The position numbers were made by a program, and so were the translations under genes. 64,000 bases of DNA from the human T2T-CHM13v2.0 reference genome, Homo sapiens: positions 19,456,001 to 19,520,000 of the forward strand of contig CP086569.2 of the NCBI GenBank assembly GCA_009914755.4, read 5' to 3'. Below are positions 38,043 through 51,143 of the stretch, piece after piece. Positions within the stretch are counted from its first letter, which is position 1. Each line of letters opens with the position of its first letter. The notes beneath the pieces are model-generated. The model searched no databases. It had not been told where the DNA came from and worked only from the letters and a program-made list of their open reading frames with translations.

Positions 38043-38140
38043 TAGCAATAACCTCCTTCAGAAATAAGGAGGATATGGCATTTCAGTTGGGTTTTGAATA
38101 GCATATCAGGCTTTATGACAGTGTGGGAGGGCCACAGTGC
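38043..38140 (-). repeat. Short inverted near-identical copy of copy-B segment 35700-35790
   Basis: rc of 38043-38140 reads ggccctcccacactgtcataaagcctgatatgctattcaaaacccaactgaaatgccatatcctccttatttctgaag, with 1 mismatch in about 78 nt against 35707-35785. The paralogous position in A (15170-15260) is only about 75% identical. Confidence 0.8.
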
Positions 38141-39617
38141 CATGTGGGGGCAACTGGCTGGAGCATGGGAACTGCAGCCAAAGTAACTAGGTGGACTTTT
38201 TCCTGAGCGGATTTTGTGAATTTCCAAACATAACCACTTGCCAATGTATTAGCTTGTCAGAGTCTTCTTGTACTTAAAAGAATTAACTTTGTTTACAAAA
38301 CTAGATTTCCCAACAAGAAAGTCAACCCAGTGACAGTGAAGAATCCATATGGCTTGTTGACAATAATCTGAATTCTTTTGAAATGTCAGTGATTTCACCC
38401 AAATACTTTAACAGATATTCACGAAATTTACGGAGCCCTCTCATTGACTTTTCAAAATATTATACTTCCAGATTTGAAGATGACTTTTACAAGACTAACC
38501 AATGGGTTACATACAAATATAAAGATTTCTCAAGCTGGAAAGAACCACAGAGATGATATGCTCTACATGCTTATTTTACACTTACAAAGTGACTACAAAG
38601 TGAGACAGTCTAAGGCAGGGCCACAGCCAGAACACCAGTTTCTGGACTCTTAATATTCTTTTATCTCCACTCTTTCACTAAAAATGAGGTTTTCTGGATC
38701 TGAGGAAATCAACAGAATCAGTTAATTTAAAGAAAAATAACATCCTTGTATTCCATATAAAGGAAGAAATACATATTTTAAAATCACTTATTTTAAATCT
38801 TATAAGTTAATGTATTTATGAGCTTAGCTCAAACTTTAAAATTAGTCATGCTGAAATACTTTAAAAGTAAACAGACACAATCACAAAAACTTCATGATAG
38901 AAAAATGAGCTGATATAGCTGTATTTGTAGTTTTGTCACAGAATAAAAATGATCCAATTTCTAACTGCTGTTTTGTTTTTATATCAATAGATACGCTTCA
39001 CCAAAATGAAACTTTCCAGATCTTCAACTTATGAAAACAGGTATTTATGTTGCAACTTACATTTAAAAGATGAGTCGAATTACTCATAATCCTTAGAAGT
39101 TAGCTTGTCCGCATCTGAAAATTCACTTTTACCTTGAAGTTCAATCTGTCTCTGGGAAAGACTAGATTGGAAGAATAAAATTCAAGAATGTGATGTTTTA
39201 GTAATGGAAAAGCCAAGAGCGTCAGGTGGCAAAAGTCCTTCTGTTACTCAAGAAAATGCTCTGAAAAATTCCTTTTCTCTTTTTTTTTTGTAAAGATTAA
39301 CTCCACCTCACCACCACAATGAGGTATTTTTCTCAGCAATTGACACCTGTTTACTCAGTTACTCCCTGTAACTATGTTATGCTGTGAAGTAGGCAATACA
39401 GTTGTTAAAGAAGAATAATGTTGGACTCTGAATGTTATTCCGAGGAGTTTCATTTTTCAATAGTAATAAAACATTTCTAAAAAAATTCTGCATATTACCA
39501 GCATGAACCAGCTGAGGTGGCAATAGCAAAAACTTGAGTGATTAGAGTGCCCTACTCAGCATATGTGTATGTTTTATCCTTCCTTTTGGCTTATCACAAG
39601 TACAAAAAAAGAAAAAA

Positions 39618-39912
39618 AAAAAAACACCTGGCCATGTGTGGTGGATCATGTCTGTAATCCTAGCACTTTGGGAAGCTGAGGCTGGAAGATCACAAGGTGA
39701 GGAGCCTGAGACCATCCCGGCCAATATGGTGAAAACCCATCTCTACTAAAAATACAAAAATTAGCAGAGCATGGTGGTGCGTGTCTGTAGTCCCAGTTAC
39801 TCATAGGGTGAGGCAGGAGAATTGCTTGAACCCAAGAGGCAGAGGCTGCAGTAAGGTGAGACTACACTCAAGCCAGGGTGACAGGGCAAGACTCTGTCTC
39901 AAAAAAAGAAAA
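39618..39912 (+). mobile_element. Alu SINE
   Basis: cacctggccatgtgtggtggatcatgtctgtaatcctagcactttgggaagc...gccagggtgacagggcaagactctgtctcaaaaaaag. Lies about 50 bp from the HERV-2 LTR edge. Confidence 0.9.
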
Positions 39913-39962
39913 AGCTTTGGAAACATGACTGGTGTTGCTGGAAACAGCAGACTAGAGAGGTT

Positions 39963-40393
39963 GATGTGGGGAAACTGGGGGATTTATTTATGTGCACCAG
40001 CTCAGCGAACTTATAACCAAAAAGGCTGAGTATTGAATAAAGACTGAGCAGGGCTCTTTATAAGCAAACTTTCAGAAGCAGAAGTAAAGCAGTTGATTAT
40101 ACAATGAAAGGTTATGTAATTTATAGCATAACTTTTGACTTTGCATAACATCTTGCCTTGCATAGCTGGGTTTTGCAGCTGTGTTGAAAGAAAAATGAAC
40201 CTACAAATTTTACTAAATACAAGCATTGGTAAACATAGTCATAATTAATGCTTCAGAAGAAGGAGAGACAGTAAAGTAATTTGCTTTTAATTTCAACTTT
40301 GCTCCAGTAAGGGGTATTTGCAACCCATTCACTTGGCCTCAACTTTTTAGACACTGTTATTTTATGACTGTCCTTGAAGTGAGCTAGATAGAT
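39963..40393 (-). repeat. HERV-2 3' LTR
   Basis: tgatgtggggaaactggggg...ggctgagtattgaataaagactgagcagggctctttataagcaaac...gcaacccattcacttggcc. The rc carries TATAAAG then AATAAA, consistent with minus-strand U3-R. Confidence 0.75.
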
Positions 40394-43300
40394 GGAGAAA
40401 ATACTTGTTTTTTTTTTTCTTTGTCATACGTGTCTTGTCACATTTTTCTATTTTTTTTTGATACCATTTATAGGAGAAATTTAATAGAAGGCATTCGTAT
40501 TATTTTATTCTTTATGGGAAAGCATGTTTTCTTCTTTGGTCAAAGGTTGATATTTAGTTAGGGCTATTAACTCAGTAGCAGTATGCCTGGTCATATTGTT
40601 TTTGGACTATGTAGTATGTGTAGAAGTTGGGAATCCTTTTATGGGTACTTTTTTTTTTTATCAAGGTTAAGTGGGGAAATAACAGCAAAGCAATGAGTAG
40701 CATATTTATGTTTAGTGTGGTTAGAAGAGATTCATACCCAGGGGAGGAGGTTGAGTATAGTGACAGAATAACAGTAAAATAATTAGTATTACAGTGAAAA
40801 TTAGATTTAAGATTTTTAATTATATTTAACTTGCCTGATGAGTTTTTAAGTTTTGGCTGTGCGTAGACTAGTTATCTTCTGGAGTGTGATTAGAGCTGGG
40901 CTTGTTGTCCTCTTCTTCATCTTTAGTCTTGTGTGGATTCGTCGGCTTTTGGAGGGACCAGAGCAGGGCTGTTGTTCTCAGTGACAACTCTGTCTTGTTG
41001 CATGATTAGCTGCCTGTTTCAGCAAACCATGATGGATCGATTAAGGCATGATTCCTGCAATTTTAACAGCAGTGGGAGTGGATAAGATTACAAAATGGGA
41101 CCCATCCCTTATGGGTTCTAGAGAAGTTGGGTTTCATTTTTTAACCCAAAGAGAGTAGTTAGGTTTAAAGAAGCATGCTGGGCCTGTCGGGCTAATACGC
41201 ATTTCTTAATGTACCTGACGCTGAATACTTCACATGGCTATTTTTAAAACCTGCATTTGCTTTTTGAAGATTAATTTCCTTAGTTTGCAGAGATTACTTT
41301 TAATTTGACCTAAGATTTGGTGTGGCTGATTGAAAAAAATTTTATAGGGTGAATACCTAGTTTGTTTAGTGGGGTGCACCTGACTCGGATGAACACCATG
41401 GGCAGGATTTGATTTTATTATAGTTGATTTTTGTGATAATTTCTTTTGGTAAGTGCTTCAGTGATTTGTTTATGCATTTGGTTTTCTTTTTTTTTAACTT
41501 TGTTGTTGGTAGGCTGTGTGTAACTTTCATTTTATTTTATGCAACTTTGCTAGATTTTAAATTATTTCAACTATAATTGCTAAACTCTTGTTTGACTTCA
41601 AAGTTAGAGGCAGTTTAAACCTGGGGATAATGTTTTTAAACAGTATTTTAACTACTTTTTTGCCTTTTCAGTCCTCATTGGAAAACCTTAACCTATGTTG
41701 AAAAGGTGTAAATAAGTGCTAGTATAAAACAATAGCACCTGACATGGGACAGTTTTGTGAAGTTTACAAGTAAGTTTTTACAAGGCATAGCTTTTATTTT
41801 TTAGATCCCTGGGGGCTGGGTAGGCCCTTGCCCTGGGTTGTTTTGAGCATAAGTTTGTTTCGGGAATTCAGGGACCCTGAATGGAGGGACTGGCTGGAGC
41901 TGCGACAGAAGAACATAAATTGTGAAGATTTCATCGACATTTATCAGTTCCCTAATAGTACTCTTATAATTCCTTACAGCTGTCTTACTTTAGTCTCTTA
42001 ATCCTGTTTTCTTCGTAAGCTGAGAATGCATGTCACCTCAGGACCACTACTGTATAAATTGATTGTAACATATGTGTTTGAAAACGATGAAATCAGTGCA
42101 CCTTGAAAACGAACCAAATAACAGCAGTTTTAGAGAACAAGGGAAGACAACCATAAAGACTGACTGCCTGTGGGCTTGGGCAAAAAGAGCCATATTTTTC
42201 TTCTTGCAGAGAGCCTATAAATGGACTATAAATGTGCAGGTATGACAGATATCACTAAATTCTTTTACTAGCAAGGAATATTGATAATTGATCCTCTGGG
42301 AAAATAATTGCATTCCTGGGGGGAGGTCTATAAATGGCCACTCTGGGAGTGTCTGTCTCATGCGGTTGAGATGAGGACTGAAATACGCCCTGGTCTCCTG
42401 CAGCAACCTCAGGCTCACTAGGGTGGGGAAAAACCCCACCCTGGTGAATTTGAGGTCAGACCATTTCTCTGCTCTTAAACCCTGTTTTCTGTTGTTTAAG
42501 ATGTTTATCAAGACAATAAGTGCACAGCTGAACATAGACCCTCATCAGTAATTCTAATTTTTCCTTTTGCCTTGTAATCTTGCTTTGCCCTTTGCCTTGT
42601 GGTCTTTATTGGCCTCAGAAGAATGTGATCTTTGTTCTCCTATTGCTTTTTGAAGAGTGTGATCTTTGGGACCTACTCTCTGTTTGTACACCCGCCTCCC
42701 CTTGTGAAGTCCTTAGAAAAACCTGCTGGTTTTGTGGCTCAGGTGGGCATCAGGGTCCTACCTGTATGTGATGTTATCCCCAGTGGGCCAGCTGTAAAAT
42801 TCCTCTCTTTGTACTCTTTCTCTTTATTTCTCAGGCTGGCCAACACTTAGAAATATAAAAAGAACCTATGTTGAAATATTGGGGGCAGGGTCCCCAGATA
42901 TAAGTTAAGTTTGTTCACAAACACCTTGAATGATGGCAGTGAGTTCTGGCATGCAGAAGTGGCATTTCAGTAAGTTTTTAGTGCCATTTTTCACATATGA
43001 GTTTTTTGTATAATTTGCTTGAAAAATTATTTCCGCAATGGCTAATTTACTGTTATACAACTTTTATCAATTTTTGTTAATATATTTTCTAGTTTTTTTG
43101 ATAAACGAGGCCCTCTCATTTGGAGTGTAACTTGGGATATTTTGGAGTGGAGGTTCTGGGATGAGAGGCATATTTAAGGTTCTTTTAAAAATTATGGCAT
43201 AATTATTTCTTCCTGTTTTGCCTTCCTGTTAACTTTCCTATTTCCTTTGGCTTTTGATGTCCCTGCATTTTGGTGCCCCCAATAATGCATTATTACTACT

Positions 43301-45156
43301 TTTTCTGGAGCCTATACAGCTGTTAAGAGCTGTAGAATTTTTTCTTAGTACTTTATTTTTTTGCCTCCAGCTGTTAAGAGATTTTCTTTTTATACACATT
43401 TCTATGAACATGTAGTGTTGTAAAAGTATATTTAGAGTCTGTATAAATATTCAGCTTTTTGTCTTTTGGTAGCAAAAGGGCACTTGGTAGGGCTATTGAT
43501 TTTGCCTTTTGGGCTCATGTTCCAGTAGGCAGAGATTGAGCTTCTACCATTGAGTTTAATGTTACCACTGCATACCCTGCTTGTTGGATATTTTTCTAGC
43601 TGAAAACTACTTTAATTTATGAAGTATTAAACATCTGAGTTTTTGAGGGGTTGATCTGTAAGGTCTCCTTTTCCAGAAAATATTTCATCCACTTTTTAGA
43701 CACAGTTATGGAGGGGAGCTTCAGGTTCAACTAGGAGCAGCGTGGTTGGGCTTAAGGGGTTTACTGCTTTTTAAGTAATGTAAGGGTTTTCGTACAGAAG
43801 CCCTTGGTACTGCATTATTCTCAGAATTGATAACCAGTGGGACCTTCTTTGGCTCATTGATGTTTCGACTGAGTGTGGCACCTGGACGGTTAGCTGCTGT
43901 CTCAAATTAAGTTTGTTAGCCTCTTGTGTTAGCAAGGCAGTGGTGGCTAATGCCTTAAGGCAAGGAGGCCATCCTAGTGCCACAGAGTCTAATTGTTTAG
44001 TTAAGTATGCCGCTGGACAATGCTATAATTTTATAATTTGGGTTAAGAACACTGAAGCCATTTCTTTTCACTTATGGATGTATAGAAAGAAAGGCTTAGT
44101 TATGTTTGGCAGTCCAAACGCTGGGGCCTGAGTTAAGGCTTTTTTTTTTTTTTTAATTTGTTTAAATGCTTTTTGCTGTATGATCCTTTTCCAGAGGAGG
44201 GTTTCTTTATTTTCCCCCTTCATAATTTTATATGATGGCTTAGCCATCAGTGAGAAATTTGGGATTTAGATATGGTGGAATTTTTCTGCTTCTAAGAATT
44301 TGTTTTCTTTAATGCCTAGTGGTTGGGGTTGGGAGTGTACAAATGGCCTGCTTCCACTTATGGCCAAGGTGGCATTCCACGTGGCTTACAATGAAACCTA
44401 TATATTTGAAATTTTTATGAAAAATTGGGCCATTTGTTGAGATAATTTGTAACCTGTTTTTCATAGGAGATAGAGGAGGTCTTGGGTTTCTTGATAACAG
44501 CCCTCCTGGATTGGTGCTACTAAAGAAAGATCATCTACATACTGCAACAAGGCACAGTTATCCTTTGGCAGGTTGTAGGCTTTAAGGTCAGTGCTTCCCT
44601 AAAGATTGGGGGTGAGTCTTTGAACTTGTGAGAGCCTGGTCCAGGTGAGTTGCATAGCTTTTTTGTTTGATTGAAAGGCAAATATAGGTTGATTAACTTG
44701 GGCTAAGCAGATATAACAGAAAACATTCTTTAAGTTTAGGACTGTAAATCAGGTAGCAATGCTGGAATGAGATTTATTAAAATACATGCATTTGGTACCA
44801 CTGGATGGATGGTCACTGTGGCCCGGTTTGTGGCACACAGGTCGTACACTGGTCTATACTTATTAGACCCTGGTCCTGACAATGGTTTTCATATTGGCCA
44901 AAGTGGAGTGTTCTAGGGCAATTGACATCAAACAAAGATTTCATGTTGGTAAAGTGGGTTTAAATGTTTACAGACACCTTGAATAGCCTCTCGGGGGACT
45001 GGGTACTGTCAAACATAAGTCAGAGTTTCTTTTGGTTTTAACAGGACTACCACCTGTGCATGATTTACAGCTAACCCAGGTGGGGTGTCTTTAGCCCATA
45101 CTCCAGGAGTGGTATTAAGTAACTGAGAGAATGGTTTTTTCATTGCACCTGCATGT

Positions 45157-45552
45157 CTAATCTGCTGCTTGCACTTGCTTTGTATAAAGTTTCCATTTCT
45201 TAGCCTGCAGGATGATAAATGTTAACACCAGGGTTTTTGGGTGAGTCAGATTTAACGTTATACTTTTTGCACATGAAAAGCAATTTGTGCTTGCAGTTTT
45301 TGGAGTAAATTTTTTTCTTAGCAAAGGAACTGGACAATTCAGGAGGTATAGGAATTCATGTTGGATTTCTTGGCCTTTTATAACACACCTCCTTGACTGA
45401 CAGAACAGCTTTTTCTCTGTGACTCCCATGGCTTTTATAATAATTTTATTGCTTTTGGATAACGGCCCTATGGGTTGAGTGACTATTGAATGTGTACCCC
45501 TGGTGATTACCATAAAGTCCGTCAGCTGGCCTTCAACTTTTAATGTAACCAT
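45157..45552 (-). pseudogene. HERV-2 protease/gag-pro junction remnant
   Basis: MVTLKVEGQLTDFMVITRGTHSIVTQPIGPLSK...NCPVPLLRKKF, homologous to the HERV-1 protease ORF (..ITAEVGDQQMDFMVNTSTNHSEVIQPIEPLSK...NCRVPLLGRDLL). Confidence 0.75.
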
Positions 45553-45853
45553 GGGCTCGTGGAAGTGTAGTAAGAAGGAGCCTGGTCTCTCCTAGTTGCT
45601 ATATCCTTTAGTGCAAGCCAGCCTATTTAGATTAGTATTTGGTTTTACCACATTGAGGCAGCCTTTAGCTGGTGACTTTTTTATACAACAGTCCTTATTA
45701 TATTTTTTACTCCCTTCTGGACATTTATTCTTTCAATATTTTTCTTTCCCATCGCACATATTGTTCTCTCTTTAGCCTCAACTGGCTTTTTGGACTAACT
45801 TGACCTCTTTCACATGCACATGCAAGTCCATGTCCTTGTATATACCTGGTCAC

Positions 45854-45929
45854 TTTTTTTTTTTTTTTTTTTTTTTTTTAATGAAAGTGCTGCTAAGAGA
45901 TTGGCCTCTCTTTTTTAGCCTGTGATTTA

Positions 45930-45962
<33 letters not shown>
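45854..45962. repeat. Two long poly(T) tracts (26 nt and 31 nt) inside HERV-2
   Basis: t26 at 45854-45879 and t31 at 45932-45962. Homopolymer expansions not present at the homologous HERV-1 position. Confidence 0.9.
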
Positions 45963-45966
<4 letters not shown>

Positions 45967-48230
45967 CCTGGTAATAGTTAACATATATTTTGACAGCCAT
46001 TCCTATAAACTGGGATGTATTCATGCCTGCAAAACCCTGTAGCATTTGCAGCTTTTGCTGGATGTCACCCTTGGCCTGTCTTATAAATGCTGTGTTTACC
46101 ATGTGCTAATTTTCAGTAGCCTCAGTGTCAAATGGGGTTTAAAACCAGATTGTTTTACAAAGCTGTTTAAATAAAACTGGCTTGGTTTTTTATCTTTCTG
46201 AAGCATTTTGAATTTTTTTATATTAATTTCTTTTTTTTCCACAAGCTTTTGTCTCTGGCAAATGTGCCTCCCAGTACCTCTGCAGGCACTGATGCTGGCT
46301 TGCGTTATCTGGGTCTTAGTTGAGGCCTGCTTCTGGAAACTGATCCTGAGTATATGCCTGAGCATTTTCTGTGTTTGCTCATGCATTGGCTTCTAGCCAA
46401 TGAAGGGCTGCCTGAGTTATCCCCTGGCATTCCTTTGTATTAAACAACATTAAGAGAAGTTGCCTGCAATTTAGCCAGGTTGGATTGTGTGATAGAAAGA
46501 TGGACTGCAATAGGTTTATGAGAGCTTTGGGCTTTTCCCTGTAGGAGGGAGTGTGATGGTTTAAATTTAGTAGATTGGTGGTTGAAAAGGGCTGAGAGAG
46601 GAAGGCTTCTTGCCCCCCACAACCTGGATGTGGCGCTGGTCATTATAGTAGATGAGTCCTCATATTTCCCTGAGAGGCAGTTGCATAGCTTGAGGATGAC
46701 CAGATTTGAGACAGCCTGGTTGACTATTGTGACTTCCTTCCCTGGCCTCTCAAGTCTCCGATTCTTCTCTCTGTGGTGAAACTTGGGGAATGCTGGCAAT
46801 GGAACCAGGCTCCTGGGGGACTGTTGGCTTCAGCAAAGGGAGGTAGGCTGTGATATATGCAGGAGAAATTTATTTTCCTCTTCTGGCTTTTGTAAAACTG
46901 GTTTTTCTTGCTGTCCTGAGGACTTTTCCTTTAACTGAGTGTTTGCTGATGAAGCTGCTGTTATTTCACTTTTGGTTCAGCTAGCGCTATAAGTGTTTAT
47001 CAGTAGGCAGCTAAACAGGGCTCGGTACATGCTGTTCCTGTTTGTATTATATGTAATTATGAGTAAATATAAGAAAATTGGCCTGGGTGCCCTGGCTGTC
47101 CTTGGACCCCTGTCATTACCTCAAACTCATTTCCAGTTGTTTCTCTGGGTAGTCTTTTTGGGTCATCTATTTAACGCCAAAAGAGGGCTATTTTAGGTTA
47201 CAGAAAGTTTTTCACTTTTGGGGGGTTAGCTTAATTTTATAGTTCCCCGTAAAACCTTTCTCATTTTTTTTTTTTAGCATATATTTGAATGGTATATGTT
47301 TTGATGACTCTCTTCCCATTTTCTCCCAGTTATGATGCAGTACACTCGTGCTCACTTTTTACTTTTGTTTTGCACCAGCTAGACCTAGTCCTATTATGGG
47401 GGTTTTTAGATATCACTTAGATTTGGAGAGTTTCTTAAGCCCACCACAAGTGCTGTAGTTGTGAGGTAGCTTCCGTTAGCCATATGCGGATCACAACTAG
47501 TCTTAGTCAGCCACACATTTGGCTTGGAGTACAGTCTTCACTAAGAGACTTGTGGTTCCTCACTTCGTGGCTGATGAGCCTAGTTAGGCCTCTCCATTCA
47601 CACACTTCCCCACACCATCCTGCTACCAGTTCCCATGTTCCCAGTTGGGGTGGTGAGCCACTTTCCCTACGTCCAGTTTCCTTCTGAGCTGACTTAGCAG
47701 GCTACTCTCACATGCTCTGTTGGTTGGGTTGTAAGTTTCTTCTGAATTAGTGAGACACTCTCGTTGTCTGCAGCCCTTCTTGGTCGGATTACCAGTTATG
47801 CCCTAGGAGGTGATTAGGCTCCTTTTCTGTCCTTATGGGACAGGTCATCCCTTGGGTCCCAATACCTTACTGTGGTTTCTGAAGTGAGCTGTTCCTGCAA
47901 TCATCCTGTAGCCCATTAGATACCATTGCATTGCTGGGTAGGGGCACTGGGTCACAAATGGGCTGATCTCCCAACCAGGCTGAATTTCTCCCGATGGTGC
48001 TGCTGGGTCTCAGGACTCCTGAGACCCAGGGCTTAAGCTCCTAGAGGCAAAGGAGACAGTAAACCTGTCATCTCCTCTCCTAGCTGGCTGGTCAATAATG
48101 TTGCAAGAAGCAGAGGACCAAAGAGACCTATATGGGGAAAAAGGAAGATTTAATTAGGTGCCCTGGCTCAGTGGACTGATATCCCAAAAGGCTGATCATT
48201 GAACAAAGACTGAGTGGGGTATTTATAAGC

Positions 48231-48237
48231 AAAATTA
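48231..48237 (-). promoter_or_regulatory. TATA-like box (TATAAAT on the minus strand) in HERV-2 5' LTR U3
   Basis: Plus atttata gives TATAAAT on the minus strand. An ATTAAA poly(A)-signal variant lies downstream on the minus strand (plus 48139-48144). The same TATAAAG...AATAAA arrangement is seen in the other LTR (40057-40063). Confidence 0.3.
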
Positions 48238-48543
48238 CAAAAGCAGAAGTAAAGAAGCCACTTAAACAATGATAGGTTACATAATTTATAGCATAAGATT
48301 TGACTTACCGTAACTTGTAGCCTTGCATAGCTTGTGGCCTTGCAGCTGTTAAAAAACTAACAAAAAAACAAAAAACAAAAAAAGGAAAAACAAAAAAGAG
48401 TAACTTTTAATTGTACTAAATACAAGCATTCGGAAACATAGTCAAAATTAATGGTCCAGAGAAGGAGAGAGAGCATTGGTATCCATTTTTCTTTTCAACT
48501 TTGCTCTGGAGTTGGCTGTTTGCAACCCATTCCTTTGGCCTTC

Positions 48544-48597
48544 TCTTTTGAAACAGTGTTATCTTATAACTCTTTTGAAACAGTGTTGTCTTATAAC
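48544..48597. repeat. 27-bp tandem duplication within the HERV-2 5' LTR terminal region
   Basis: tcttttgaaacagtgttatcttataac / tcttttgaaacagtgttgtcttataac. Confidence 0.9.
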
Positions 48598-48926
48598 CTT
48601 CCTTGGAATCAGCTGGCTAAGCAGAAGACATTTTTTTTTTCCTTTTCTATTTAACCCTCGTCTTGCCACACTGGCACTTTTGGAAGAGAAACATATTCAA
48701 CATGCAGACACTGAAGCTCCAGCCTGCAAGTATACAGTCAGTTCTCTGTGCTGTAGGGCTCAGGTATGGTTAGAAGTCTTCTCATGACTCAAATCACAGC
48801 CTGGGTAACCCACTGGTCTAGTTCCTAAAAACATTCACTTCTATTGTTTCAATAATCATGCTCCAGATCCCACTGCCACGTTTGAATTTATTGCAATGAT
48901 ATGGAAGTGAGAACCTTACCCAGCCC

Positions 48927-49232
48927 AGGCACTGTGGCTCATACCTGTAATCTCAGCATTTTAGGAGGCAGAGGTGGGCAGATTAACTGAGGTCAGGAGT
49001 TTGAGACAAGCCTGGACAACACAGTGAAGCCCCATTTCAACTAAATATACCAAAATTCACTGAGTGTGGTGGCCCACACCAGTAATCCAGACTACTTGGG
49101 AGGCTGAGGCAGGGGAAACACTTGAACTTGAGAGGCAGAGGTTTCAGGGAGTGAAGGTCATTCCACTGCATTCCAGCCTGGGTGACAGAGTGAGACTCTG
49201 CCCTCACTCACCAAAAAACAAAAACAAAAAAC
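48927..49232 (+). mobile_element. Alu SINE (older, diverged)
   Basis: ggcactgtggctcatacctgtaatctcagcattttaggaggcagagg...ccagcctgggtgacagagtgagactctgccc plus A-rich tail. Confidence 0.85.
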
Positions 49233-50490
49233 TTATCTGCTTATATTTCAATGCCAAAATATTTTTAAATGACTGTTTCTTGATGTGTATAATTGTTCCA
49301 ACTTCCAACTGGAGAAATAACCTCCATTTGTTTACTTTCACAGATTGTGTACATTTGTGTTTGATCTTAATGAGCTGAGTCTATTCACAGAACTATGAAG
49401 ATGCTTATTAATACCGTATTGTATGTTCTATATGTCCAGTTTAGCAAATATGCCTTACCCACTTATTTGCTAAAAAAATCCTTTTTTTCTCCTCATAATT
49501 TAGATGATTCTCAAAGATGACACATCATTTTGCAATCTGATTCTAACTTCTATACTGCCAAATGGTCTGCAAAATTAATCTAAAAAAAAAAAAAAACGAA
49601 CAAAATAAGTGAAGGCTGACAGAGTAAGTAACGTGATTCAGCTGAAGCTAGTCAATCAGGCAGTTGTGCTTACCACAACTTCTGGTCTGTAGGGATGGAG
49701 AGGTTGTGCCTTGATTCAGTGAGTGATTGCTGGGGCATTCTGTCAGAACAAGGCCTGGGGGAAGCACCATGTGATCTGCCCAGGCCTAAGGTTCAGAAGG
49801 AACCAAGGCAAGAATATTACCAATTGCATGAAGATACCAGCAGGTTTCTAAAGAGCTCTATTAGTTTGAAAATAAATTGTTATCCTTGCAGATAGCAAAT
49901 AACGATGCATAAGATCCACAAAACTAATGATTCAAGCACCTAAGTTAATTGCAGTGGCAATAATAAAATGCGTGAAAGCAACAGGTAGCAAAGGAAAGGC
50001 AATTATTACTATTGAAACACCTCTGTGTGTTAAGAAAACACTGTATGTAGCCAGTCTATCCCGCTGACCCTCACAGCAACAATGTATCATGGGTAGGGGG
50101 AGGGGAGGGTAGCTATTCGTCTCCAGAGCAGCACACAAGGCTTTGTCCAGGTGGCTAAACTTCCAGATACATTTCTCTTTTAAGGTTTCTTTTTGCTTTT
50201 GGAAACGGTGTGGATTAGCGTTGTCTGGAGGAAGTGTGCCTGTGTAGCCTGGAGGCTGCACTACCTGTGAGTGCTTCCAAGGTGCCATTCCTTTATTCGT
50301 TAAGTGTTTGCACTTGAGGTTGCTCAGAGACAACTCTGTCCTCTGCAAATATATGTCTTTCTGGAGAACTGGAAGTAATGTTTTTGAAAGCTTTCAGCAA
50401 GTGCAGAGATGGTGAGCTCTTTGCTGGTAGTGGGCTTTTGGCAGTCATGTTAATGACTCTCTGATGGCAACTTCTGAAAGGCTCTTCCAA

Positions 50491-50540
50491 GTGTCTGGCC
50501 TCTTGCTTAAGCTCTTTGACTCTTGCTTAAGCTCTTTGAC
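50491..50540. repeat. 20-bp tandem repeat, 2.5 copies
   Basis: tcttgcttaagctctttgac x2 then ccttgcttag. Confidence 0.9.
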
Positions 50541-51143
50541 CCTTGCTTAGTATTAACTACAAACTCAAGGTCAGAACTGGAAGGACTACCTTCTACACCT
50601 CCATTTGGATAATTTGGGATCCTTGATGTAACCATACCTGCTAGAACTCTTTTCTGTCTAAAAGAATTGTTCAAGAAAGCCTGATGTATAACATCATTGC
50701 AGGGTACCATATTGCCACTTATTAATCCACTGACAGAATGATTGTTCAGAGACTGTTTTGGATTGGAGTATACTTTATTCTCTACGTCTGCAGAGTACAA
50801 AAAGGTAATTTCAGATGTCAGTGGACAAGGAAGAAAAGAAAATTCATATACTTGAGAATATCATTTTTTTTTTTTTTTTGAAAAATTGAAGAGAGCAATA
50901 ATAAGGACAAACTTGCACATTAAACAGTTTCTGAAGCCATGGTAGTAACAACGACTAACACTTATTGAGGGCTTATTGTACCAACTACAGCTTCATATGT
51001 CTTTTGTAACCTGGTATAATTTCAGAATCCATTATGAACAATTGGCACATCACAAAAGCTCTGAAAACCAAAAATGTATTCATAACTCATGTGGTGGCAA
51101 AGCGTAGCCAGACTTGAACTCATTTGGTTGAAAAGTTTGACCT

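Larger units (their letters stand above)
39963..48624 (-). mobile_element. HERV-2: complete LTR-flanked class I provirus of the same family as HERV-1, heavily decayed, env largely deleted
   Basis: Collinear with HERV-1 at about 75-80% identity. 40540-40600 matches H1 17690-17750 and 40620-40740 matches H1 19570-19760, so about 1.8 kb of env is missing. 43260-43560 matches the H1 RNase H region. Protease ORF at 45157-45552. 47440-48120 matches the H1 leader 25340-25830. LTRs at 39963-40393 and 48121-48624 are about 80% identical to each other. Confidence 0.85.
48121..48624 (-). repeat. HERV-2 5' LTR
   Basis: tatggggaaaaaggaagatttaattagg...ggctgatcattgaacaaagactgagtggggtatttataagcaaaatt...gcaacccattcctttggcc, homologous to 39963-40393. 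Confidence 0.75.

Noticed and set aside
37213-39617. Unique 2.4-kb spacer between block B and HERV-2, considered as a possible third copy of the duplicated unit
   Set aside because: No homology to blocks A/B or to the HERV leader was seen, apart from the short inverted fragment at 38043-38140. It appears to be single-copy flank.
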